Shown: positions 39,293-48,403, counted from the first letter of the stretch. The stretch: 64,000 nt of DNA from Clostridiales bacterium (GCA_029008095.1 JAQXJB010000006.1:3135-67134), one strand, 5' to 3'. Made by a program: numbers and translations. Notes: generated from the sequence alone by a model not told the origin.

Positions 39293-41632
39293 ATGAGACC
39301 TTTTAATCATACAAATGCCAAGACCCTGGAAGAGGCTTCAAAGGCTCTTGAACAGGGCAAGGCTGCTCTTATCGCCGGAGGTACTGATCTTCTCGGCACT
39401 CTGAAGGACAACATCCTTCGTGAATACCCCGAAAACGTTGTTAACATCAAGACCATACCCGGTCTGGATTACATCAAGGAAGAGGACGGCATGCTCAAGA
39501 TCGGCGCTCTGACCCGTCTGGCAGACATCGCCGAGTGCGCCGCCATCAAAGAGAAGTACACCGCACTGGCTCAGGCAGCCAAGGCCGTTGCTTCTCCCCA
39601 TCTGCGCGATATGGGTACCATCGCCGGCAATATCTCTCAGTTTCCCCGCTGCTGGTACTACCGCAAGGCCGAGAACCGCTTCGACTGTCTGCGTAAGGGC
39701 GGCACCGAGTGCTTCGCCCATACCGGCCAAAACCGTTTCCATTCCATCATGGGCGGCGCAAAGGTTCGCGCCACCTCCTGCCAGCAGGAGTGTCCTGCCG
39801 GCACCAACATCCCCGCTTACAATGACCGCATCCGTAAGGGTGATTGGGACGGCGCAGCCGAGATCATCATGCAGGTCAATCCCATGCCCATGATCACCGG
39901 CCGTGTCTGCGCCCACACCTGCCAGCAGCACTGCAACCGCTGCACCAGCGAATGTGACAGCGTTTACATCAACGGCGTAGAGCGCACTCTGGGCGACTAC
40001 ATACTCGACCACGCAGATAAGTTCTATAAGGCCCCCGAGGTCGAGACCGGCAAGTCTGTCGCCATCGTCGGCGGCGGCCCCGCTGGCCTTTCCGCAGCCT
40101 TCTATCTTCGCAAGGCAGGCAACAAGGTCACAGTTTACGACGTCAAGGACGAGGCCGGCGGCATGCTCATGTACGCCATCCCCGCTTACCGTCTGCCCAA
40201 GGATGTTGTCCGCAAGCTTATCAACGCTCTCAAGAGCATGGGCATTGAGTTCAAGACCGGCGTTCGCATCGGTGTCGACGTTGAGCCTTTGGAGCTTGAA
40301 AAGCAGTATGACAGCGTTTGCTACTCCACCGGTACCTGGAAGCGTCCCGTTGCCGGTCTGGCCGGTGAAGAGCTGACCCACTTCGGTCTGGACTTCCTGG
40401 TTGGCGTTGAGAAGTGGATGGAAGGCAAGATCGGTTCCGAGGTCATCGTAACCGGCGGCGGCAACGTTGCTATGGACGTTGCTATCACCGCAAAGCGTCT
40501 CGGCGCCAAGAAGGTCACTATGGCCTGCCTTGAGACCCGCGAGACCATGCCCGCCAGCAAGGAAGAGATCGCCCGTGCGGAAGAGGAAGGCGTTATCATC
40601 ATGCCCTCCTGGGGCCTCTCCAGAGTCGTTGAAGAGAACGGCATAGTCAAGGGTCTCGAGCTCAAGCGCTGCGTATCCACCCGCGATGCTGACGGCCGCT
40701 TCAACCCCAAGTACGACGAGAGTGAAAAGACCGTCATTGCCGCTGAGAACATCCTCATGGCTATCGGTCAGACGGTTGACCTCTCCTTCCTCGATGAGAA
40801 ATATCAGGTTCAGCTCAGCGCCCGCGGTCTGATAGATATTGACAATGAGGCTATGACCTCCCGTCCCGGTATCTATGCAGCCGGCGACGCTACCACCGGC
40901 CCGGGTACCGTTATCCGCGCCATTGCCAACGGTCACAAGGCTGCCAACGGTATGAACAAGTACCTCGGCGTTGCCGTTGCATCCGCTGACAATAAGCTTT
41001 ATCTCACCAAGCCCGCCGATGACGCTCCTTCCCGCACCAAGCAGATGAAGCTGCGCGAGGTCGCTCTTGAGGAGCGTTCCCTCAATGTTGAGGACGCTTT
41101 CACTGCTACTCCGGAAGAGGCCATTGAGGAAGCCAAGCGCTGCCTGAGCTGCAGCTGCTACGCCGTTCATCCCTCTGACGTAGCTCCCGCTCTCATCGCT
41201 CTTGACGCCAAGGTAATCACCAATAAGCGTGAGCTGGATATCAACGAATTCTTCACCGTTAAGGTTCCCTCCAGCACCGTTCTGATGCCCGGCGAGATCA
41301 TCACCGAAATTCAGATTCCCACCCCCAAGCCCGGCGTAAAGACTGCCTTCATAAAGTTTGCATACCGCAAGTCCATCGACTTCCCCGTAGTAAACTGCGC
41401 AGTTGCCGTTGGCGGCGAATCTCCCCGCGTATGTCTTAACGCCATTGCTCCCGTACCTTACCGTGCCCGCAAGGCTGAAGAGCTGCTCAGGGGCCAGGAA
41501 ATCACCGAAGCTCTGGCAGAAGCCGCAGGCGAGGCTGCCGTTATCGGCGCTCAGCCCGACGAAGACAACCGCTTCAAGGTTCAGATCTCCAAGGTCATGG
41601 TAAAGAGAGTCCTCCTCTCCACCCTGAAGTAA
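39293..41632 (+). CDS. Mo-hydroxylase FAD-binding subunit interrupted by a GltD-like NAD(P)H:FAD/Fe-S module
   Basis: 779 aa. CoxM/XdhB-like residues 1-156 and 623-779. The insert carries CPAGTNIP...GRVCAHTCQQHC and VAIVGGGPAGLSAA. Confidence 0.8.
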   Translation: MRPFNHTNAKTLEEASKALEQGKAALIAGGTDLLGTLKDNILREYPENVVNIKTIPGLDYIKEEDGMLKIGALTRLADIAECAAIKEKYTALAQAAKAVASPHLRDMGTIAGNISQFPRCWYYRKAENRFDCLRKGGTECFAHTGQNRFHSIMGGAKVRATSCQQECPAGTNIPAYNDRIRKGDWDGAAEIIMQVNPMPMITGRVCAHTCQQHCNRCTSECDSVYINGVERTLGDYILDHADKFYKAPEVETGKSVAIVGGGPAGLSAAFYLRKAGNKVTVYDVKDEAGGMLMYAIPAYRLPKDVVRKLINALKSMGIEFKTGVRIGVDVEPLELEKQYDSVCYSTGTWKRPVAGLAGEELTHFGLDFLVGVEKWMEGKIGSEVIVTGGGNVAMDVAITAKRLGAKKVTMACLETRETMPASKEEIARAEEEGVIIMPSWGLSRVVEENGIVKGLELKRCVSTRDADGRFNPKYDESEKTVIAAENILMAIGQTVDLSFLDEKYQVQLSARGLIDIDNEAMTSRPGIYAAGDATTGPGTVIRAIANGHKAANGMNKYLGVAVASADNKLYLTKPADDAPSRTKQMKLREVALEERSLNVEDAFTATPEEAIEEAKRCLSCSCYAVHPSDVAPALIALDAKVITNKRELDINEFFTVKVPSSTVLMPGEIITEIQIPTPKPGVKTAFIKFAYRKSIDFPVVNCAVAVGGESPRVCLNAIAPVPYRARKAEELLRGQEITEALAEAAGEAAVIGAQPDEDNRFKVQISKVMVKRVLLSTLK

Positions 41633-41654
41633 GCTGCAAACAACCAACAAATTA

Positions 41655-41694
41655 CCCCCGTTCCTCTCGCTTGAGAGAAACGGGGGTTTGTTTG
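41655..41694. terminator. intrinsic terminator between convergent operons
   Basis: CCCCCGTTCCTCTC-GCTT-GAGAGAAACGGGGG followed by TTTGTTTG. Confidence 0.8.
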
Positions 41695-41706
41695 TATATA
41701 GCTATA

Positions 41707-43257
41707 TCAGAATTCCATTTCCTTCAGATCGTCCGCGACCTCTACATTGAATGGCAGAAGGTCAAGTATCTGGGTTTGCAGGTCTATGCCGGGAGCCACC
41801 TCGGTAAGGACAAGTCCGTTTGGCCCAAGACGGAATACGCATCGCTCGGTAACATAAAGTATCTCCTGCTTATTGGCATATGCGTTCTTCACGCTGAAGC
41901 TGAAGCTGCCCACATTCTCTACGAATTTGCGTATCTGTCCCTCTTTGGTGATGGTGACGGTCTTGCCGTCAAAGCTGCCGTCAATGCCTTTACTGGTAAA
42001 GGTAAAGCAGAACACAACCTTCTTAGTGGTCTGGGAAATATTCGCGAAGCCGCCGATTCCGCTGAGCTTGCCCTTGGTATAGTGCCCGTTTACGTTGCCG
42101 TATCCATCCACCTCGAGTGCGCCGATAAAGCATAGGTCAAGGCCGCCGCCTTCATAGAAATCAAACTGCCGCGCCATATCCATCATGGAATCGGGACCGA
42201 TGGCTACGCCGAAGGCCTGTCCACCCAATGGCAGTCCGCCCGTATGGCCGGACTCAACGCTGAGGTGCACATCCTCCAGCATGTTGCGCTCAAGAACGGC
42301 AGCGGCGACCAGCTCAGGTATGCCGATACCGATATTCACGATCTGATCCTTCTCTATCTCATGAACCGCGCGAGCTGCAATAGCCTTATGGAGCTCGTTA
42401 CGCTTGGAGGTCGCGCCGATAACCTCGCTTATTTCTTCCTTGCAGGCCTTGAGGATGTTTCCCGTGGGAACATACTTGCCGCAAATATAGTCATAAAATC
42501 CATCCACATTGGTGAGTTGCTGCTGGTGCGGGCAGACGACCACCGCGTCCACAAGAGCCGCCGGCACATTCACAGTTCTGGGCGGCATATGGTTATTGAC
42601 TATGCGTGCCACCTGTACGATGACCTTGCCTCCGTTGCGGTGGGTCGCCTGTGCGACGCTGAGAGCGTCGATGGAGGCGCACTCATTTTCAAAGGTGATG
42701 TTTCCCCTCTCGTCGGCATAGCTCGCCTTAAGCAAGGCAATATCCACCCGTGGGATATCGTAAAGCAATCCCAGCTCACCTTTTTCCTCAGCAAGATGGA
42801 CAAGCTCCAGCTTGGAACGCTCATTGAGCTGATACTGATGACCAAGGCGGGGGTCTACAAAGAGGTTCAGACCTATCTTGGAAAACAGCGAGGATGCGCC
42901 GCAGGCCGATGCGCGTATCATATGGGACATGATTCCGCCCGGGAGGTTGTACCCTTCTATCTTATTATCCATTATGGCCTGGCAGGTGTTTGTCAAGCTG
43001 CCGAAGAAGCCGATAACAGCTCTATCCACCGCTCCCTCGCATATATAGCCTTCCACATCGCTGTTCTTCTTCCAATCGCTGAAGCTGAAGGAGCTGTAAA
43101 TCGAAAGGTTCTTCGGGTGTCCTGTTTTTCTAAAGCGGTAGGTTATACCCTTATTCAGGTCTACCGGGGAGGCGCAGGCGGCAAAAGCGTTGACCCATAT
43201 GGTGTCTCCGTCCTTTATAAGATCAATGGCTTCCTCGAGGGTGACAACTTTGCTCAT
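41707..43257 (-). CDS. family I acyl-CoA:carboxylate CoA-transferase (fused alpha/beta, YdiF/Pct-like)
   Basis: Start at the internal ATG (MSKVVTLEEAIDLIKDGDTIW...) 6 nt after the GGAGG of repeat copy D. Motifs VESGHTGG and SGIGGF. Confidence 0.85.
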   Translation of the reverse strand: MSKVVTLEEAIDLIKDGDTIWVNAFAACASPVDLNKGITYRFRKTGHPKNLSIYSSFSFSDWKKNSDVEGYICEGAVDRAVIGFFGSLTNTCQAIMDNKIEGYNLPGGIMSHMIRASACGASSLFSKIGLNLFVDPRLGHQYQLNERSKLELVHLAEEKGELGLLYDIPRVDIALLKASYADERGNITFENECASIDALSVAQATHRNGGKVIVQVARIVNNHMPPRTVNVPAALVDAVVVCPHQQQLTNVDGFYDYICGKYVPTGNILKACKEEISEVIGATSKRNELHKAIAARAVHEIEKDQIVNIGIGIPELVAAAVLERNMLEDVHLSVESGHTGGLPLGGQAFGVAIGPDSMMDMARQFDFYEGGGLDLCFIGALEVDGYGNVNGHYTKGKLSGIGGFANISQTTKKVVFCFTFTSKGIDGSFDGKTVTITKEGQIRKFVENVGSFSFSVKNAYANKQEILYVTERCVFRLGPNGLVLTEVAPGIDLQTQILDLLPFNVEVADDLKEMEF

Positions 43258-43261
43258 GTAA

Positions 43262-43389
43262 TTCCTCCATTCCGCCGCTGTAAGCGGCATAAATAGAAAT
43301 GAAACGCTCCCCCGGCGAAATGGGGGATTATTGCCATCATCTGCAGTCGCCCCGGAGCGGCGAGCGGATGGGCTTTTCATCATATATAG
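43262..43389 (-). repeat. structured intergenic repeat, divergent copy D
   Basis: Arms CCCCCATTTCGCC / GGCGGAATGGAGG and hairpin 2 CCCATCCGC...GCAGATGATGG. No hairpin 3. Confidence 0.7.
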
Positions 43390-43391
43390 CT

Positions 43392-44753
43392 TTACTGCGC
43401 GTAAATGGCTTCATTGCGGGCATACGCTTTCTTTCTTATAGCGAAGTAACAAACGTAATGGGCCGCGGCAGTTATAGTCCAAGTTATGGGATAGGAAATA
43501 TACAGCATAAACAGGGTCGGCACCGCGGCAAAAACAGTGTATATCCATATTATTCTGAAAGCGCAGGCGCCGATAAGGGAAACTATAGTTGGCAGCATGG
43601 AATAGCCAAGTCCGCGGTTGACGCCGCCCATCATATTCATAAGGCCGGCGGTAAAATATATGGGGCAGAGCACCAGCAGACGGTATACGCCGTGCTCGAT
43701 CACCTCGGCCTCTCCGGAATAGATGCTTATAAGGGGCTGGCGGAATATCGTGGCGATGAGCCCCACCGCAGCACCCATAAGAGTGGTGATTATGGTGCAG
43801 TAAAGCACGACCTTTTCGGCGCGCTTATAGTCACGGGCCCCCATGTTCTGGCTTATCGCGGAGGTGGCGGTCTGGTTGAAGGAGTCAACCGTGCAGAACA
43901 TAAAGCCGTCAATGCTTGCGGCGGCTGTATTGCCGGATATAACAGCCGAACCAAAGGTATTGATAGAGGACTGAATTATAACATTGGAGAAAGAGAACAC
44001 ACAGCCCTGCAATCCGGCGGGGATGCCCAGACGGAGGAGCTGGAACAGTTTATCCTTATATATTCTCAGTTTCTTTACTTCCAGGCGGTAAAAGCCCTCG
44101 CTTTTCATAAGGCAACGTACTACCAGCACCATGGAAAGTGCCTGAGAGAGTGTGGTCGCTATGGCAACGCCGGCAACAGCCAGCTTACACACAATGACGA
44201 AAAAGAGATTGAGCAGCACATTCAAAATGCCGGCGGCCATTAGAAAATACATGGGACGTCGGGTATCTCCAACGGCGCGAAGAATAGCCGCGCCGTAGTT
44301 ATAAACAGCAGAAACGGGCGCTCCGACGAACACGATCCGCATATAGAGCACAGCGCCGTCCAGAATATCCTCCGGTGTACCCATCATGGTAAGCAGCGGG
44401 CGGGCAAAGGCCACGCCGATGACCCCAATGAGCGTACCGCCAACAACGGCCAGCACCATTGTGGTATGTACGGTCTCACTGATGCCGCGCTCGTCCTTCG
44501 CACCGAAATAACGGGCAAGGGTTACATTTGTGCCTATCGCAAGTCCGACAAGCAGATTGATGATCAGATTTATTATAGCAGTTGTCGCGCCCACCTGAGC
44601 CAGCGCGATGCTTCCCGCAAACTTTCCGACGACCACCAGGTCGGCAGCGTTAAAAAGAAGCTGCAAAAGACCCGAGAGCATGACAGGTATCGAGAACATG
44701 AACAGCTTCGGCAGCAGAGAGCCGGTGCTCATGTCTATTTCATGAGACTTCAT
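43392..44753 (-). CDS. MATE-family efflux transporter
   Basis: 453 aa, polytopic, with a MATE-like N-terminus (LLPKLFMFSIPVMLSGLLQLLFNAADLVVVG). Confidence 0.9.
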   Translation of the reverse strand: MKSHEIDMSTGSLLPKLFMFSIPVMLSGLLQLLFNAADLVVVGKFAGSIALAQVGATTAIINLIINLLVGLAIGTNVTLARYFGAKDERGISETVHTTMVLAVVGGTLIGVIGVAFARPLLTMMGTPEDILDGAVLYMRIVFVGAPVSAVYNYGAAILRAVGDTRRPMYFLMAAGILNVLLNLFFVIVCKLAVAGVAIATTLSQALSMVLVVRCLMKSEGFYRLEVKKLRIYKDKLFQLLRLGIPAGLQGCVFSFSNVIIQSSINTFGSAVISGNTAAASIDGFMFCTVDSFNQTATSAISQNMGARDYKRAEKVVLYCTIITTLMGAAVGLIATIFRQPLISIYSGEAEVIEHGVYRLLVLCPIYFTAGLMNMMGGVNRGLGYSMLPTIVSLIGACAFRIIWIYTVFAAVPTLFMLYISYPITWTITAAAHYVCYFAIRKKAYARNEAIYAQ

Positions 44754-44784
44754 TCTTTATTTCACCCTATTTGTCATATATTTG

Positions 44785-45645
44785 TTATTTTACATCGCAA
44801 TTCAAGCTTTGGCAATAGCCTGTCTCAAGTTGGGAGATACTGTATCTCAGCAGGCAGACCTCCAGCTCCGTTTCAATACGATCCAGTGCGTCAAGCTTGG
44901 CCTGATCGGCCGCCGATGTCTTATAATAATACGGTGTCATAGAAAACAGACGCTTCACGTCCATGCCCTCCACCTTTATCCGTGTTCTGATATCCACCCG
45001 CTCGCTTAGTTCAAAGCCCTCCAGCTCCGTTTCAGGCTCACCGTTTTCGTAGGGTACATCATACACGGCAGCCTTCAGGCTCCATAGATGCTTCGGCAGC
45101 ACTACAGCGCGGATAAGACTTCCGCCCGGATTCAGCACCCGCCGAAACTCAGCAGTTTCAAGCGGAGAGAATAAATTCAGCAGCATATCGCAGCCTCCGT
45201 CCACCACGGGCAGATGCGCCGAGCTGGACACAGCATGCTCCGCACCGGGTAATCGCCTTGCCGCATAGCGCAGGGCGTCCTTTGAGATGTCTGAGCAAGC
45301 CACGGCTATATCCAATCCCCCGGCCTTGGCGCTACTGTAAAGAGCGGCGGTATACCAGCCCTCGCCGCAGCCCGCGTCCAGCACACGGCTGCCGTTTTGA
45401 AGGCAAGGCAGAGCCATCTCAAGCAGAGCATCACGAATGGGAGAGTAATGCCCCGCATCCAGAAAATCCCGCCGGGCCTCCACCATGAGCCGGTCGTCCC
45501 CGTGCCGCTTGGCCGAGGACTGATTGGACATCAGCAGATTCACATATCCGTACTTTGAAATATCGTAACAGTGTCCGTTGGGGCAGAAAAGACTCTTCTC
45601 CCTTTTCTCCAGCGCCCCCTTGCAAACAGGACAGCAAAATATCAT
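44785..45645 (-). CDS. rlmA: 23S rRNA (guanine-N1)-methyltransferase RlmA-family
   Basis: 286 aa. Zn-ribbon CPVCKGAL...CPNGHCYDISKYGYVNLL and SAM motif VLDAGCGEGWY. Confidence 0.8.
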   Translation of the reverse strand: MIFCCPVCKGALEKREKSLFCPNGHCYDISKYGYVNLLMSNQSSAKRHGDDRLMVEARRDFLDAGHYSPIRDALLEMALPCLQNGSRVLDAGCGEGWYTAALYSSAKAGGLDIAVACSDISKDALRYAARRLPGAEHAVSSSAHLPVVDGGCDMLLNLFSPLETAEFRRVLNPGGSLIRAVVLPKHLWSLKAAVYDVPYENGEPETELEGFELSERVDIRTRIKVEGMDVKRLFSMTPYYYKTSAADQAKLDALDRIETELEVCLLRYSISQLETGYCQSLNCDVK

Positions 45646-45876
45646 CTGATCACCCCTGTTAATCTCGCAGAATGTATCTTACCATATCTGAAAGAATGTG
45701 CAACCTATAATTTGAACAAAAAAAGCCTCTGGAAGGTGTCATTCATATATATTATTTTAAGAAAGCGCTTTTCTTTTCCATCTATTTGTGATACAATATT
45801 ATTACACAATTTTAATTTAAAAAGAATCCGCTTTGTTCAAAAATGTCAATTATTAACTGAAAAGGAGATATAACAC

Positions 45877-46980
45877 ATGGGCAGATATGACGATCTGGTA
45901 TTTAAGATCCCTAAGGAATTCCACAACTGGTACGGCTTCGCCTCTCCCCGCGGCTTCTTCCGCGGCACCACTATGATGGAGAAGGCAAAGGTCTACATGG
46001 ACTTCACCTCCGTTACCAAGCCCCTCCCTATGGAGGTTCCCCACACTCACCACTGTGCTGACGAGTATCTCGTTTTCACCGGCGCCGACATGAACAACTT
46101 CTTTGAGTTCGACGCCGAGGTCGACGTATGGATAGGAGAGGATCCCAACAACCTGGAGATGTACACCCTCACCCAGCCCACAATCATCCGTGTGCCCCCC
46201 AAGATGTACCACTGTCCCGTACACTTCCGTGTAATCAACAAGCCTATCGTTTTCTCCGCCGTTTATCTGGACGGCGACTGGTCAAAGATAAACCGCAATC
46301 TGGACGAGAATGGCCGCGAATTCTTCACCTATGACGGCGCGGGCGTTCGCCGCTGCGTGCGCGACACCAGCAAGGAGTGCATATACTGCGGAAGCTGCTT
46401 CTCCGAGGCAATGAAGGCCAGAGAGGATGCAAAGCCTGAAGAAAAGGCTGACGATACTCCCAATACCAACCTCCTCGCTCCCTACTATGAGATGGCTGAA
46501 AAGACCAAGGGTCAGCGTAAGTACGCAAAATATGTTTATGCCTATCAGCCCGAGGAGCACAGCGATGACCGCTTCCTCAGCCCTCGCGCCGGATTCCGTG
46601 GCGTAAGCGAGATGGAGGGTTCCCGCCTGTGCTACCTCTATAACATTGTGCAGAAGGCCTGCGTATTCGGCGATACTCACATGCACCACGCGGTTGAGGA
46701 ATACATATTCTTCACTGGCGCCGACATCACCAATTTCTTTGATTTTGACGCGGAGATAGAGATTCAGATCGGTGAAACTCCCGATGATATGGATACCTAT
46801 ACCATCACCGAGCCCACCGTGGTGCGCATTCCCGCCGGAATGTGGCATGGCCCCATCAACTTCAAGCGCATCGGTGCGCCCATCAACTTCGAGCCCTTCT
46901 ATCCCTCCGGAAACTACGGCAAGGTAATTTGCAAGGATGGCCAGTATATCTATGAAGGCACCGATCTCCCCAAGAAATAA
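45877..46980 (+). CDS. hypothetical bicupin protein with central Cys cluster
   Basis: 367 aa. Internal duplication (aa 55-127 and 266-339), each half with an HxHH...E motif. C-x7-C-x2-C-x2-C linker. Confidence 0.6.
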   Translation: MGRYDDLVFKIPKEFHNWYGFASPRGFFRGTTMMEKAKVYMDFTSVTKPLPMEVPHTHHCADEYLVFTGADMNNFFEFDAEVDVWIGEDPNNLEMYTLTQPTIIRVPPKMYHCPVHFRVINKPIVFSAVYLDGDWSKINRNLDENGREFFTYDGAGVRRCVRDTSKECIYCGSCFSEAMKAREDAKPEEKADDTPNTNLLAPYYEMAEKTKGQRKYAKYVYAYQPEEHSDDRFLSPRAGFRGVSEMEGSRLCYLYNIVQKACVFGDTHMHHAVEEYIFFTGADITNFFDFDAEIEIQIGETPDDMDTYTITEPTVVRIPAGMWHGPINFKRIGAPINFEPFYPSGNYGKVICKDGQYIYEGTDLPKK

Positions 46981-47020
46981 TAGCTGAAATACACAGCAGC
47001 CATGTGCCGCTAACGTAAGC

Positions 47021-47068
47021 AGGTGCAGGAAGCCTTGAATGATACGGCTTCCTGCACCTCGTTTATTT
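47021..47068 (+). terminator. intrinsic terminator after the bicupin gene
   Basis: AGGTGCAGGAAGCC - loop - GGCTTCCTGCACCT followed by CGTTTATTT. Confidence 0.7.
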
Positions 47069-47083
47069 ACATTGAGTGAAAAT

Positions 47084-47133
47084 ATCCGCTTTCTGAGTCC
47101 ACCTTTTTGCCGGCGGACTTTCAGAAAGCGGAT
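47084..47133 (-). terminator. terminator at the end of the hem/cbi operon
   Basis: ATCCGCTTTCTGAGTCC...GGACTTTCAGAAAGCGGAT followed on the minus strand by ATTTTC. Confidence 0.6.
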
Positions 47134-47140
47134 CGTATTA

Positions 47141-48403
47141 TCAGAATATTTCCCGTGCGGCACGAATGATCTGTTCCACTTCCCCATCGGTATGGGCGGC
47201 GGAAAGGAACATGGCCTCGAACTGACTGGGCGCGGCGTAAACACCCCGCTGAAGCAGGCCGCGATACCAAACCGCAAAGCGCGCCAAATCCGAAGATTTG
47301 GCCTGCTCGTAGCCTGTGACAGGCTGCGCTGTGAAGAACACTGTGAGAAGAGAGCCGACACGATTTACCTGCGCCGGAATACCTGACAGAGCCTCTTTCA
47401 GTCCCTCCTGCAGCATTGCGCCTCTTCTCTCCAGTTCCGAATAAATCTCGGGGGAGCTCTGAAGGATACGCAGTTGGGCAAGGCCGGCTGCCATAGCCAC
47501 GGGATTACCGGACAGCGTTCCGGCCTGATACACCGGTCCAAGAGGAGCTACCAGCTCCATCAGCTTTCTGCTGCCGCCATAAGCGCCCACCGGCATGCCG
47601 CCGCCAATTATCTTGCCGTAGGTGGCCAGATCCGCACGGACGCCGTAATACTCCTGCGCACCGCCGGGAGCAAGACGGAAGCCGGTGATGACCTCGTCAA
47701 ATATCAGCAGGCTGCCATGCTCGTCACACAGGCTGCGCAGTCCTTCCAGGAAGCCAGGCTGCGGCGGTACCACGCCCATATTGGCAGCCACCGGCTCTAC
47801 TATAATGGCAGCTATCTGGCCGGGGTTGGCCTGAAGCAGACGGCGCACACTGTCAAGGTCATTGTAATCCGCCGTCAGCGTATCGCCAGCCATCTCTGCC
47901 GGAACTCCGGCAGAGTCCGGCGCGCCGCCGGTCAGCGCGCCCGAACCGGCCTTGACCAGCATGGAGTCGGAGTGTCCATGATAGCAGCCGGCAAATTTGA
48001 TGATTTTGCTGCGTCCGGTCGCGCCTCTCGCAAGGCGCAGCGCGGACATGACCGCCTCTGTACCGGAATTGACCATGCGAACCATTTCCATCCCGGTCAT
48101 AGAGCAGACCAGCTCCGCCATCTCCACCTCTATGGCCGTAGGAGCGCCAAAGCTGAGTCCCTTCTTTATAGCAGTCTGAACCGCCTGCTCCACCGCCTCA
48201 TTGCAGTGTCCCAAAATCAGAGGCCCCCAGGAGCAGATCAGGTCTATGTACTCCGCGCCATCCACGTCCCAGACGCGGCTGCCGCAGCCCTTTTCCAGAA
48301 AACGCGGGTATGTTCCCACAGCGCGGCAAGCCCGCACAGGGGAGTTGACGCCGCCGGGCAGCACCTTTTGAGCTGCGCCAAACAGTTCTTCGGAGCGTGT
48401 CAT
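47141..48403 (-). CDS. hemL: glutamate-1-semialdehyde 2,1-aminomutase
   Basis: Start at the ATG forming an ATGA overlap with the hemB stop. Motif LPGGVNSPVRA. Confidence 0.92.
   Translation of the reverse strand: MTRSEELFGAAQKVLPGGVNSPVRACRAVGTYPRFLEKGCGSRVWDVDGAEYIDLICSWGPLILGHCNEAVEQAVQTAIKKGLSFGAPTAIEVEMAELVCSMTGMEMVRMVNSGTEAVMSALRLARGATGRSKIIKFAGCYHGHSDSMLVKAGSGALTGGAPDSAGVPAEMAGDTLTADYNDLDSVRRLLQANPGQIAAIIVEPVAANMGVVPPQPGFLEGLRSLCDEHGSLLIFDEVITGFRLAPGGAQEYYGVRADLATYGKIIGGGMPVGAYGGSRKLMELVAPLGPVYQAGTLSGNPVAMAAGLAQLRILQSSPEIYSELERRGAMLQEGLKEALSGIPAQVNRVGSLLTVFFTAQPVTGYEQAKSSDLARFAVWYRGLLQRGVYAAPSQFEAMFLSAAHTDGEVEQIIRAAREIF

Noticed and set aside
36893-41650. Long antisense ORFs (394, 350 and 770 aa) across the Mo-hydroxylase operon.
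   Set aside because: Same shadow-ORF reasoning.
43299-44243. 314-aa + strand ORF starting inside repeat copy D and running antisense to the MATE gene.
   Set aside because: It is a shadow ORF opposite a clear 12-TM transporter, and its start lies in repeat sequence.
45786-45809. Rex-like palindrome TTGTGA-N12-ACACAA upstream of the bicupin gene.
   Set aside because: The spacing (12 nt) does not fit the Rex box and the arms are imperfect. It also overlaps a likely extended -10 (TGATACAAT).
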